Assembly: GCA_963795085.1 (NCBI GenBank)
Contig: CAWCFX010000001.1
Coordinates: 160,001 to 224,000 of the forward strand
DNA length: 64,000 nucleotides
Reading direction: 5' to 3'
DNA from: an uncultured Gemmatimonadales bacterium
GTDB taxonomy: Bacteria > Gemmatimonadota > Gemmatimonadetes > Gemmatimonadales > GWC2-71-9
This document shows positions 54,889 to 64,000 of this stretch, piece by piece. Position numbers and translations under genes: made by a program. Within the stretch, counting starts at the first letter, position 1; the number at the start of each line of letters is the position of its first letter. Below the pieces are notes generated by a model that worked only from the letters and a program-made list of their open reading frames with translations, was not told where the DNA came from and made no database searches.

Positions 54889-55457
54889 GCCGGGCCGTTC
54901 CCCCGCAGACATGGCGGCGCCTCGGGTGGCTCCTGGTGGCCATCCTGGTTGGCGCGCCCGGCCTCGCCGCCCAGGACCGGACCCCGCTGGAGTACCAGGT
55001 GAAGGCCGCGTACCTCCTCAATTTCACCCGGTACGTACAGTGGCCGGCTCACCTGGCTCCGTCCGAGAGCCTGCCGGTATCGATCTGCGTACTCGGCCAG
55101 GATCCTTTCGGCCCCGACCTGGACGCCGCGGTGCTGGGCAAGACCAGCCACGGCCACCCGGTGCTGGTGCGCCGGGTGGATTCGGTCCAGGGCGCTTCCG
55201 GCTGCCATATCGTTTTCGTCACCCGGGAGACCTGGCGAGATCGGCGGGAAACCATCCTCACGCTGACCTCCCGCGGTGTCCTGACCGTGGGGGATTCCGA
55301 GGAGTTCGCCCGGGGAGGCGGCGTCATCGGCTTCGTCCTGACCAATGAAACCGTGCGGTTTGTCGTCAACCTCAAGGCCCGGGAACGGTCCGGCCTGGTG
55401 ATCAGCTCCCGGGTGCTGGCGCTGGCGACCGGCCTGTTCGAGGCGGACGGGCCATGA
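54876..55457 (+). CDS. YfiR (DUF4154) family periplasmic protein
   Basis: EYQVKAAYLLNFTRYVQWP, ICVLGQDPFG, CHIVFV, VLTVGD, ISSRVLALA. Confidence 0.9.
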   Translation: MAVLSRAVPPQTWRRLGWLLVAILVGAPGLAAQDRTPLEYQVKAAYLLNFTRYVQWPAHLAPSESLPVSICVLGQDPFGPDLDAAVLGKTSHGHPVLVRRVDSVQGASGCHIVFVTRETWRDRRETILTLTSRGVLTVGDSEEFARGGGVIGFVLTNETVRFVVNLKARERSGLVISSRVLALATGLFEADGP

Positions 55458-57715
55458 GCCGTCGATTCCGCGACCTGCCCATTCGGCGGCGGGTCAACGT
55501 CCTCATCATGGCGGCCAGCGCCATCGGCCTGGTGTTCGCCGCGCTGGGCGTCCTGGTCTATGACCTGAAGACCCTCAAGCCGCGGGCCTTGAGCGATGCC
55601 ACCTCGCAGGCCGATATCGTCCGGGTCAATTCGACCGCGGCGCTCATGTTCGGGGATACTCTCGCCGCGGGAGAAAACCTGAGGACCCTGGCCGCTCGGC
55701 CCGAAATATCCGCAGCCGCGATTTTCGATGCCGACGGCGAGATATTCGCCTCCTATGTCCGCGCCGGGGACGGGGCCCTGGAGTTTACCCGCCGTCCCGA
55801 TGCCGGGGCCCGGTTTGCCGGCAACAGCCTGGTCCTGACCCGGCCGATTCACTCGGATGACCAGCAGCTCGGCTGGCTGACGCTTCAGTACGACCTGCCC
55901 TCCGTGGCCGAACGCCTGCCCCAGTACGGACTCCTGGCCAGCGTGCTCATGCTGGCCCTGCTGGTGGCGTCGGTGCTGCTCTCCCGTTTCATCATGCGCA
56001 GCATTACCGCGCCGATTCTTCACCTGGAGGAGGCCAGCCGCGCGATCTCCGAGCGCAAAGGCATCGCGATCCGCGCGGTGAAGCGGGGCGAGGACGAAAT
56101 CGGACGGCTCACCGACGCGTTTAACGAGATGCTGGGAGCCCTGGAGCAACGCGAAGCCGACCTGCGGGACAGCACCCGGCAGCTGGTGGAGGCCATGGTG
56201 GCTGCCCGGATGTCCGCCTGGTCGTTCGACCCCGCAAACGAAATTCTTTCCTGGGGCGGGCAGGAGGAGCGGCTGTTCGGCAAAGACTGTGTCCCGCCGG
56301 ACCAAACCCTGGGCGCCTTCCTCGATCTGGTCCATCCGGCCGACCGGGAAGCGCTCGAAACGGCCCTAGGCGCCGCCGCCGGGGCCCGGCAATCGTTCAT
56401 CACCGACTTCCGGATCATTGCCCCCGACGGCAGGCTGCGCTGGTTCTCCATTAACGGCGGGAGCAGCGCCGATGACCTCGGCCCCGACACGAGGGTAATT
56501 GGACTGGTCATGGACATCACCGAACGGCGCCATCTGGAGGAACAGCTGGTTCAGTCCCAGAAGATGGAAGCGATCGGGCGGCTGGCCGGCGGAATCGCCC
56601 ATGATTTCAACAACCTGCTGACCGGCATCCTCGGCTATGCCCGCTTTGCCATCTCCGACCTGCCGGAAGGCCATCGCGCCCGGGCCGACGTGCTGGAAAT
56701 CGAACGGGCCGGAACCCGCGCGGCCGCGTTGACCAGCCAGCTCCTGTCTTACGCCCGCCGCCAGATGATCGCGCCGCGGGTGACCGACCTCAATGACCTC
56801 GTCCGCGGAATGGACTCCCTGCTTCGCCGCCTGATCGGCGAGGACATCACCCTGGAGACCCGTTGCATGGCAGACCTCTGGTCCGCCCGGATCGACCCGA
56901 CCCAGTTCGAGCAGGTGATCCTGAATCTCACGGTGAACGCGCGCGACGCCATGCCCCATGGCGGCCGGCTGACCATCGAGACCGGGAACCGGGTGCTGGG
57001 GGCCCAGGATGGTCCGTCCCATCCCGAAGTCACCCCCGGCCAGTACGTGCTGCTCACCGTGCGCGATACCGGCAGCGGCATGGATGCCGCCACCCAGGCG
57101 CGGATCTTCGAACCGTTCTTTACCACGAAGGAACAGGGAAAGGGGACCGGGCTGGGACTTGCCGTGGCCTACGGAATCATTGCCCAGGCCGGCGGCCACA
57201 TCCTGGTCTCCAGCGAAACGGGGCAGGGAACGGTGTTCACGGTACTGCTCCCCCGGGCCTCGGAATCCATTCCGGTGGACCCGGTCAGCGAAGCCGAGAC
57301 GACGGTGGCCCCGACGGGAGATGAAACAGTGCTGGTCGTCGAGGATGAACCCCTGGTACGGAAGCTGGCCGTCCGGGTGCTGACAGCCCAGGGCTACACG
57401 GTCATGGAAGCCGCCGACGGGCCAGGGGCGTTGGCCCTGGCTCGGGCCCACCACGGGCCAATCCACCTGCTGTTGACCGATGTCATCATGCCGGGGATGA
57501 GCGGGAAGGAAGTCGCGGCCGCGCTGGCCGGATTGCATCCTGACCTCAAGGTGATCTACATGTCGGGATATGCCGAGCACACCGTGGTGCAGCGGGGCGT
57601 GATCGACGACGGCATTGCGTTCCTCCCCAAGCCATTTGACCCGGGAAGCCTGGCCCGCACGGTCCGGGATGTCCTGGACCGCCGGTTCTCAGCGTCCCGC
57701 CGGCCCGGTGGGTGA
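55454..57715 (+). CDS. Membrane hybrid histidine kinase (periplasmic sensor-HAMP-PAS-HK-REC)
   Basis: Two TMs, DEIGRLTDAFNEM, AHDFNNLL, NARDAM, PFFTTK..GTGLGL, LLLTDVIMP. Confidence 0.92.
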   Translation: MSRRFRDLPIRRRVNVLIMAASAIGLVFAALGVLVYDLKTLKPRALSDATSQADIVRVNSTAALMFGDTLAAGENLRTLAARPEISAAAIFDADGEIFASYVRAGDGALEFTRRPDAGARFAGNSLVLTRPIHSDDQQLGWLTLQYDLPSVAERLPQYGLLASVLMLALLVASVLLSRFIMRSITAPILHLEEASRAISERKGIAIRAVKRGEDEIGRLTDAFNEMLGALEQREADLRDSTRQLVEAMVAARMSAWSFDPANEILSWGGQEERLFGKDCVPPDQTLGAFLDLVHPADREALETALGAAAGARQSFITDFRIIAPDGRLRWFSINGGSSADDLGPDTRVIGLVMDITERRHLEEQLVQSQKMEAIGRLAGGIAHDFNNLLTGILGYARFAISDLPEGHRARADVLEIERAGTRAAALTSQLLSYARRQMIAPRVTDLNDLVRGMDSLLRRLIGEDITLETRCMADLWSARIDPTQFEQVILNLTVNARDAMPHGGRLTIETGNRVLGAQDGPSHPEVTPGQYVLLTVRDTGSGMDAATQARIFEPFFTTKEQGKGTGLGLAVAYGIIAQAGGHILVSSETGQGTVFTVLLPRASESIPVDPVSEAETTVAPTGDETVLVVEDEPLVRKLAVRVLTAQGYTVMEAADGPGALALARAHHGPIHLLLTDVIMPGMSGKEVAAALAGLHPDLKVIYMSGYAEHTVVQRGVIDDGIAFLPKPFDPGSLARTVRDVLDRRFSASRRPGG

Positions 57716-60700
57716 GCCGCCTTCCTGCGGCCGCAAGGCCCGGGAGACCGTCTCCAGCAGCACCGCCGGCGGTACCGGCTTCTGCAGGAAGGGCTGATCC
57801 TCGCCCAGCCGGCCCCGCCCGATCACCGTTTCCCGCGGGTACCCCGACATCCATACGATGGGAACATCGGGGTGCTTCTCCGCCATCCGGATCGCCAGCT
57901 CGGCCCCGCCCATCACCGGCATCACCACGTCGCTCACCACCAGGTCGATCCCCCGTCCCAGTTCCTCGAGCTTCTCGAGGGCATCGGCGCCGTGAACCGC
58001 CTGGTACACCTCGTACCCCCGGTTGGCCAGAGTGCGGACAATGACTTCCCGGACCATGGCCTCGTCGTCCACCACCAGGAGCCGGCCGCGGAACCCCTCC
58101 CGCGCGGGGAATGGCGCGGGGGGCGCATCCGTTTCGAGGGGCGCGCTGGTGAACGGCAGGAGCACATGAAACGTGGATCCGGCGCTCGGCTCGCTTTCGG
58201 CCCAGATGTGGCCCTTGCTCTGGCTCAGTATGCCATCCACCGTGGCCAGACCCAGGCCAGTCCCTTCGCCCACCGGCTTGGTGGTGAAAAAGGCGTCGAA
58301 GATACGGTCGAGGTCTTCAGCCCGGATGCCCACCCCGGAATCCTGCACCGTCAGCTCGGCATAGTGTCCCGGCTGGACCGGCGCGCGGGCGGTGCTGTCC
58401 AGCTCCCGGCCCCGGACCGACCGGGTGCCCGTCCGCACCACGACCCGCCCGCCCTCAGGCATGGCATCCCGGGCGTTGATGACCAGGTTCATCATGACCT
58501 GCAGCAACTGGGTCCGGTCCACCTTGACCCACAGTGCATCAGGGCCGAGGTCCAGCTGCATCTCCAGGTTGCTGCCGATCAGGCGTTGGAGCATGGGCCG
58601 GGTTTCCGCGACCGCGGTATTCAGGTCGATGGTTTCCGGCACCAGGACCTGCTGTCGGCTGAAGGCAAGCAACTGGTGGGTCAGGCTGGCCATCCGCTCG
58701 GTCGTGTTGGAGATCTCGGCCAGGTCGTTCCTGGATTCCTCGCTCAGGCCCGGGTCGCGGGCCACGAAATCCAGCAGGCCGCTCAGCGCGTGCAGCTGGT
58801 TGTTGAAGTCGTGGGCCAGGCCGCCCGCCAACTGCCCGATGGCCTCCATCTTGGCGGACTGCCGGAGCCGTTCTTCCACCTGCCGCCGCTCGTTGATGTC
58901 GAGCGTCAGGCCGCTCAGCTGGATTACCCGGCCCGCCGCATCGGCCACCGACCGGCCGATGGACAACAGCCACCGGACGCCGTGGGCCGGGTGGATGATC
59001 CGGTACTCCAGCGACAGGTCTCCTCCCTTCTCCATCGCGTAGCGGAGCGCCGAATCGGTGCGGGCCCGGTCATCCGGGTGGATCAGGGCGATCCAGGCTT
59101 CGTACGAGACCTGGTCGGCAGGAGGAGAACCATGCAGAGCGCAGCATTGCTCCGACCAGACAGCCTGGCCCCGTTCGACATCGAAATCCCATGTCCCGGC
59201 CGCCGCCGCGCGAAGCGCCATCCGAAGCCGTTCGTCGTGCTCCTTGACGGTCTCTTCGGTTCGCTTCCTCTCGTCGATGTCCACCGAAGCCCCTACCCAT
59301 TGCAGCACCCGGCCGGCGCTGTCGGTAACCGGCACGACCCGGCTCAGGAACCAGCGATAGGCCCCATCCCGGCGCCGCATTCGGAACTCAAACTCGCACG
59401 GCTGCCCGGCTTCAATGGCCCGCGCAAAGGCGGCGAGGACGGCATCGCGGTCCTCCGGGTGCAGGCCGTGGCCCGAACCGGCCAGCGGCTGGTATTCATC
59501 CAGGGAGAGCCCGGTGTATTCGGTAAATGTCTGGTTGACGAAAGTGAGCTGCCCATCCGGCCCGGTCGACCAGACCATACCGGGGATCGCGTCGCCCAGC
59601 GAACGGTGGAACGCCGCCGATTGCTCGGCGGAATGCTCCGCCTTGCGCAAAGAGGTGATGTCGCTGCTGACTGACAGCACCGAGACGACTGCGCCGGTCG
59701 AGTCCCGTTCCGGGAGGAAACGGGCATGATAGAGACGAATGCCGTTGGGGGCGGGGTATTCGAAATCCAGTTCCGTGCCCTGGCCGGTGTCAAAGACTCG
59801 CTGGATGGCCCCGTTCCACATCCGCGCGAATTCCGGGCGTTCGCCGATCTCGGTGCTCCTCCGCCCGATGTAGGCTGAAGCGGGACGGCCGGTGACATGC
59901 CGAACGGACTCGCTGATGAAAATGTGGCGGTGTTCCCGGTCGTACCGCGCGATCACGTCGGGAATGCTGGCGAGCACCGCGGCGAGCCGCTGTTCCCGGT
60001 CGCGCAACGCGGCGGTCGATCGGCGCAGGTCGGAGACGTCGGTGAAGGTCCCGATCCATTCGGCATTCCCGGTCCCCGGGACCGGCACCCCGCGGACGGC
60101 CAGATGGCAATAGTCCCCCGCCTGGGTCCGCACCCGGTACTCGCTGGCGAAGGGTTCGCCCCGCTGGATGCCCCGCATGTAGGGTTCCCGGGCGGCCTCC
60201 TGGTCCTCCGGGTGCACCGCCGCGAGCCAGCCCCAGTCCCGCGTTTCCTCGATGGTCTGCCCGGTAAGGCCGCACCACCAGGCCACCCCTTCGCCATCCC
60301 GGCCATCGGTGTAGGCGGTCCAGACCGCATCGCTGGTCGCCATGGCGAGTGATCGAAAGCGGGCCTCGCTGGCTCGCAGCGCATCCTCGGCTTCCATCCG
60401 GTGGGTGATATCGGCGGAGAACCCGAGGAAGCGCTCCGGCTCCCCCGTCGGGCCCCGGATCACCTCGCCCCGGCTGCTGATCCACCGGTAGAGACCGCCG
60501 TCGCCCCGCACGCGATACTCGATGATGAACTTGCGCTCGCCCCGGATGGCCTGCGCCGCTGCTGCTTCTACCCGCGCCAGGTCCTCCGGGTGAACCCGCG
60601 CCATGAACTCGGCGCTGCTTCCTTGCACCAGCCCCCACAGGGGCATGGCGTTCGGAGAACACGAGGTGATGCCGGTGGCCAGGTCCATGTCCCAGGAGAC

Positions 60701-60778
60701 GATCTGGGCCGCGTTGATCGCGTTCCGGAGCTGTTGCTCACTGGCGGTCTGGCCGGGCTGAGGGTCGGTCCGTGTCAT
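57689..60778 (-). CDS. Cytoplasmic multi-PAS hybrid histidine kinase
   Basis: About five PAS/PAC units (HPED motifs), AHDFNNQL, NARDAM, FFTTKP..GTGLGL, VSDVVMP. Confidence 0.92.
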   Translation of the reverse strand: MTRTDPQPGQTASEQQLRNAINAAQIVSWDMDLATGITSCSPNAMPLWGLVQGSSAEFMARVHPEDLARVEAAAAQAIRGERKFIIEYRVRGDGGLYRWISSRGEVIRGPTGEPERFLGFSADITHRMEAEDALRASEARFRSLAMATSDAVWTAYTDGRDGEGVAWWCGLTGQTIEETRDWGWLAAVHPEDQEAAREPYMRGIQRGEPFASEYRVRTQAGDYCHLAVRGVPVPGTGNAEWIGTFTDVSDLRRSTAALRDREQRLAAVLASIPDVIARYDREHRHIFISESVRHVTGRPASAYIGRRSTEIGERPEFARMWNGAIQRVFDTGQGTELDFEYPAPNGIRLYHARFLPERDSTGAVVSVLSVSSDITSLRKAEHSAEQSAAFHRSLGDAIPGMVWSTGPDGQLTFVNQTFTEYTGLSLDEYQPLAGSGHGLHPEDRDAVLAAFARAIEAGQPCEFEFRMRRRDGAYRWFLSRVVPVTDSAGRVLQWVGASVDIDERKRTEETVKEHDERLRMALRAAAAGTWDFDVERGQAVWSEQCCALHGSPPADQVSYEAWIALIHPDDRARTDSALRYAMEKGGDLSLEYRIIHPAHGVRWLLSIGRSVADAAGRVIQLSGLTLDINERRQVEERLRQSAKMEAIGQLAGGLAHDFNNQLHALSGLLDFVARDPGLSEESRNDLAEISNTTERMASLTHQLLAFSRQQVLVPETIDLNTAVAETRPMLQRLIGSNLEMQLDLGPDALWVKVDRTQLLQVMMNLVINARDAMPEGGRVVVRTGTRSVRGRELDSTARAPVQPGHYAELTVQDSGVGIRAEDLDRIFDAFFTTKPVGEGTGLGLATVDGILSQSKGHIWAESEPSAGSTFHVLLPFTSAPLETDAPPAPFPAREGFRGRLLVVDDEAMVREVIVRTLANRGYEVYQAVHGADALEKLEELGRGIDLVVSDVVMPVMGGAELAIRMAEKHPDVPIVWMSGYPRETVIGRGRLGEDQPFLQKPVPPAVLLETVSRALRPQEGGSPTGPAGR

Positions 60779-60839
60779 GGTCTAGGGAGGAGATGCCTGG
60801 AAAAATTCGCCGGGCCGCGACTCGGCGCAACTGTGGCGC

Positions 60840-61769
60840 TCATTCGGTGACCGCCGTCACGCCGGGCCCCAGCCTGACACCCCGGTCAATCCTCACCCGG
60901 ATCACCTGGCCCGGGTGGGGGACTGCATTCCCCTCCGGGAGCCGCATGGTGACCCGCGCGGGGCCGATCAGTCCGATGACGTCCCGGTGGTTGCCCATGT
61001 CCACGGTGCGCTCTACCCGGAAATCCTCCCCCTCCGGTGCGGAAACCGGCCGGAGCCCGCCCGGCGGCACCGCGATCGTCCCCGCGCCGCAGGACACGAT
61101 GGTATAGCCCAGCAGTTCGGCCGTAGCCGCATCTCCCGGGGACCGGTACACGTCCCCGCTGGGGCCCCGCGCCAGCACCCGCCCCGCTACCAGCACGACC
61201 AGTTCTTCAGCCAGCCGGAAAGCCTCCTCCCGGTCATGGGTCACCAGGATTGTCGTGGTGGCGAAAGTTCGAAGCAGGTGGGGCAGTTCTTCCAGCAGCC
61301 GTCCCCGGCTTCCGCGGTCGAGGCCGGCCAGCGGTTCGTCCAGCAAAGTGACGGGAGCCCGCAGGCAGAGGGCGCGAGCCAGGTTGACCCGCTGGGCCTC
61401 GCCCGCCGAGAGCGCCCGGGCCCGCCGCTCAAGCAGGTGGACAATCCCGAACCCTTCCGCCGCTTCATGGATTCGGTCCCGTCTCTCCACTTCTGCAACG
61501 CGCCGGAGCAGCAGGCCCAGTTCGAGATTCTGGTGCACCGACCCGCGGATGAAGACCGGCCGTTGAAACGAAAAGGCGACGTGGGCCGGAGAAACCTTCC
61601 CCGCGCCCGGGGTCTCCAGCCCCGCGATCAGCCTGAGCAGGGTGGTCTTGCCCGACCCGTTGGGACCAAAGAGCGCGGTGGTGCTGCCGTGGGCGAAGGC
61701 GAGCCCGGGGATATCGAGAACGGCCCGCTCGCCCCGGCTGAACCGCACCCCGTCCAGGCGTACCTCCAT
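60840..61769 (-). CDS. tupC: Tungstate ABC transporter ATPase
   Basis: GPNGSGKTT, LSAGEAQRV, LLDEP, VTHD; in operon with tupAB. Confidence 0.7.
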   Translation of the reverse strand: MEVRLDGVRFSRGERAVLDIPGLAFAHGSTTALFGPNGSGKTTLLRLIAGLETPGAGKVSPAHVAFSFQRPVFIRGSVHQNLELGLLLRRVAEVERRDRIHEAAEGFGIVHLLERRARALSAGEAQRVNLARALCLRAPVTLLDEPLAGLDRGSRGRLLEELPHLLRTFATTTILVTHDREEAFRLAEELVVLVAGRVLARGPSGDVYRSPGDAATAELLGYTIVSCGAGTIAVPPGGLRPVSAPEGEDFRVERTVDMGNHRDVIGLIGPARVTMRLPEGNAVPHPGQVIRVRIDRGVRLGPGVTAVTE

Positions 61770-62413
61770 CAGGTGTCCCGCCGCTGCTGCACCAGGGTCA
61801 GCACCAGGGTGATGGCGAAGGCCAGGAGCAGAAGCACCATCCCCAACTCCAGCGCGGTGTCCGTCTCCCCCCGGCTGGTGACCGTCACGATGGCCGTCGT
61901 CAGGACCCGGGTTTCGCCGCGCAGGTTGCCGCCGACCGTCATGGAGGCGCCCACCTCCGAGACCACCGCCCCGAAGGCCGCCATGATTGCCGCCAGCAAC
62001 CCCAGCCGCGCCTCCCGGCAAAGAAGCCAGAGCCGGCGTACCCGGCCGGCGCCGAGGACCTTGAGAAGGTCGGGGATTTCGGGGGGCAGCGACTGGATGG
62101 ATGCCGCGGTTACTCCGGCGATGAGTGGCGTCGCGATGACGAACTGCGCGAGCATCATCGCCCACTTGGTATAGATAAGCTCCAGGCCGCCGAGGGGACC
62201 GCTGCGCACCAGCAGCAGCCACACCACCAATCCCACCACGACCGGTGGCATACCCATCCCGGTGTTGAGTGCGCCGAGCAGCAGGGTACGGCCCCGGAAC
62301 CGGCTCCGCGCCAGCGCATACCCGAGCGGAACGCCGACCAGCAGCGCGGCAACCGTCGCCACTCCGGAAACCAGGAGGGTACGCCAGGTAATCGCTGCCA
62401 GCTCGCCGCTCAT
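61769..62413 (-). CDS. tupB: Tungstate ABC transporter permease
   Basis: NTGMGMPPVVVGL..RSGPLG, SEVGASMTVGGNL.GETRVLTTAIV. Confidence 0.85.
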   Translation of the reverse strand: MSGELAAITWRTLLVSGVATVAALLVGVPLGYALARSRFRGRTLLLGALNTGMGMPPVVVGLVVWLLLVRSGPLGGLELIYTKWAMMLAQFVIATPLIAGVTAASIQSLPPEIPDLLKVLGAGRVRRLWLLCREARLGLLAAIMAAFGAVVSEVGASMTVGGNLRGETRVLTTAIVTVTSRGETDTALELGMVLLLLAFAITLVLTLVQQRRDT

Positions 62414-62417
62414 CGGC

Positions 62418-63269
62418 TTACCTGTCCAGGGCCGGAAACAGCCGGGTCGTGTCGCGGCCCAGCACGGGGTGGAACAGCGGCCTCCCGGTCCGCTCCAGGC
62501 CGAACCGGCCGATCGCAGCCTGGGCCTCTTTCGATATGAAGTAGTCGGCCAGCGCCTCCGCCTGCCGTGAGCGAGTCCCGGGGTGACGGGCCGGGTTGAC
62601 CACGTAGATGTGGTACATGTTGAGGAGGGCGGGGTCGCCTTCATAGACCACCGTCAGCAGCCGCGCCGCGCGATGGGAAAGAAAGGTGCCCCGGTCGACC
62701 AGGGTATAGGCGCCCTGCTGGGCCGCGATGTCCAGGGTGGCACCCATGCCCTGGCCGCTCTCGCTCCGCGGCACCGAGTCCGGCGTGATGCCGGCCAGTC
62801 GCCACAGTGCGAGCTCCCGGGCATGGGTGCCCGAGGCATCACCCCGCGAGATAAACCGGTGGCCGCGGGCCAGCGCGCGCATGGCGCAGACCAGGTCGGT
62901 GCAACCGCGGACTCGGGCGGGGTCGTCGGCGGGACCGGCCAGGACAAAATCGTTGTACATGACCAGCCGGCCGCCGACCAGGTCTCCGCTGGCGACCAGC
63001 TCCCGTTCCTGCGACGGCGCATGCACCAGCACCGCGTCCACGTCGCCCTCCCGCGCCATGGCCAGCGCCGCCCCGGTGCCGACCGCAATGACCTTGACCC
63101 GGGTGCCGGTCGTCTGCTCAAAGCGGGGAAGCAGGCTGTCGAGAAGGCCGGAGTCGTGGGTACTCGTCGTGGTGGCGAGCAGGACCGCGTCCGAGTGCCG
63201 GGCCACGGCGTGGCCCGCCAACGCGGCACCGATGGTGAGCGTAAGGATCGCTGGAAGGCGTAGGAACAT
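62418..63269 (-). CDS. tupA: Tungstate-binding periplasmic protein
   Basis: LATTTSTHDSGLL (TTTS motif), VGTGAAL, VLVHAP, FISRGDASGTH. Confidence 0.88.
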   Translation of the reverse strand: MFLRLPAILTLTIGAALAGHAVARHSDAVLLATTTSTHDSGLLDSLLPRFEQTTGTRVKVIAVGTGAALAMAREGDVDAVLVHAPSQERELVASGDLVGGRLVMYNDFVLAGPADDPARVRGCTDLVCAMRALARGHRFISRGDASGTHARELALWRLAGITPDSVPRSESGQGMGATLDIAAQQGAYTLVDRGTFLSHRAARLLTVVYEGDPALLNMYHIYVVNPARHPGTRSRQAEALADYFISKEAQAAIGRFGLERTGRPLFHPVLGRDTTRLFPALDR

Positions 63270-63303
63270 TATCATTCAATCTAATTCAATGCGGAGCGTG
63301 GCT

Positions 63304-63786
63304 ATGCGATTGCACTGGCTGGGGTTCACCCTGCTCGCCGCCACGGCGGGCCACGCCCAGAGCCCGGATTCCAGCGCGGACGCCTCCTTTCGCGCGGTGC
63401 AGTCTCGCGGCCGCCTGGTCATGGGGGTGGACCAGTACTCGTCGAGTCACCGGTTCGATGCGCTGCCCGACGGCGGGCGCATCGTATTGCAACGCGAGGT
63501 TGACGATACCGCGGACATCAGCCGGATCCGGGCCCATCTCACGGTGGTCGCGGCCGCCTTTGCCGAAGGCGATTTCCGGCTCCCCGGGCTGGTGCACGAT
63601 ACCGAGGTGCCGGGCACCCGGGTAATGGCCGCGCGTCGAGCCGCGATCCGATACCGGTTCCGGGAACTTCCCCGGGGTGGGGAAGTCCAGATCGAAACCG
63701 ATGACCCGGACGCCGTGAAGGCCATCCACGACTTCCTCGCCTTCCAGCGCAGCGACCATCGGGCAGAGGGAAGCCATCAACACTGA
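63304..63786 (+). CDS. Secreted hypothetical protein, His-rich
   Basis: GGAG RBS; signal peptide AGHAQ; MGVDQYSSSHRFD..IRAHL..VHD..AIHDFLAFQRSDH. Confidence 0.7.
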   Translation: MRLHWLGFTLLAATAGHAQSPDSSADASFRAVQSRGRLVMGVDQYSSSHRFDALPDGGRIVLQREVDDTADISRIRAHLTVVAAAFAEGDFRLPGLVHDTEVPGTRVMAARRAAIRYRFRELPRGGEVQIETDDPDAVKAIHDFLAFQRSDHRAEGSHQH

Positions 63787-63870
63787 GCTGCGGCGGGATG
63801 AAACGGGACGTCGGCCGGTTCCGTCCGGGGTCTATATTCCCCTTCCCCAAGGCTCCCCTCTGGAGGCCGC

Positions 63871-64000
63871 ATGCCCCGTTTGCCCCTCACGCTGGTCGTG
63901 GCGATCCTGTGCCTTCCCGTCCCGGAGGCGGCCGGCCAGGCAACCCCTGCGTCCCCGCCGCCGTGCACCGCCGCCGAATACCGGCAGTTTGACTTCTGGG
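63871..64000 (+). CDS. Secreted protein, 5' fragment (possibly DUF1579-like)
   Basis: GGAGG RBS; MPRLPLTLVVAILC..PPPCTAAEYRQFDFW, runs off window. Confidence 0.55.
   Translation, partial: MPRLPLTLVVAILCLPVPEAAGQATPASPPPCTAAEYRQFDFW

Overview
High-GC bacterial chromosomal window. Gene content (SprA, PorV-like, GWxTD, carboxypeptidase-domain TonB receptor, four-helix-bundle gene) suggests the FCB group, probably Gemmatimonadota; this is inference. It holds about 50 genes, and I saw no rRNA, tRNA, CRISPR array, transposase or integrase. The most striking system is a co-oriented outer-membrane cluster at 4562-15883: TonB-dependent receptor, 1336-aa protein with a T9SS-like C-terminal domain, PorV/PorQ-like barrel, GWxTD protein and lipoprotein. 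A SprA-like T9SS translocon sits about 9 kb away, divergent from lptFG, and the window has no GldKLMN motor or SusD. Other observations: dispersed heptamer-repeat arrays, often inverted, one pair flanking a frameshifted four-helix-bundle gene; at least six genes with a TANNNT box 6-8 nt before ATG (probably leaderless mRNAs); a TolC/CusA deletion scar; a decayed methyltransferase; a CtaA-CtaB fusion; comEA-pilBTC; an ECF42/DGPF locus; a TBDR-YfiR-hybrid kinase module; and tupABC. All calls come from motif recognition by eye, with no database search, and many start codons were refined by hand.
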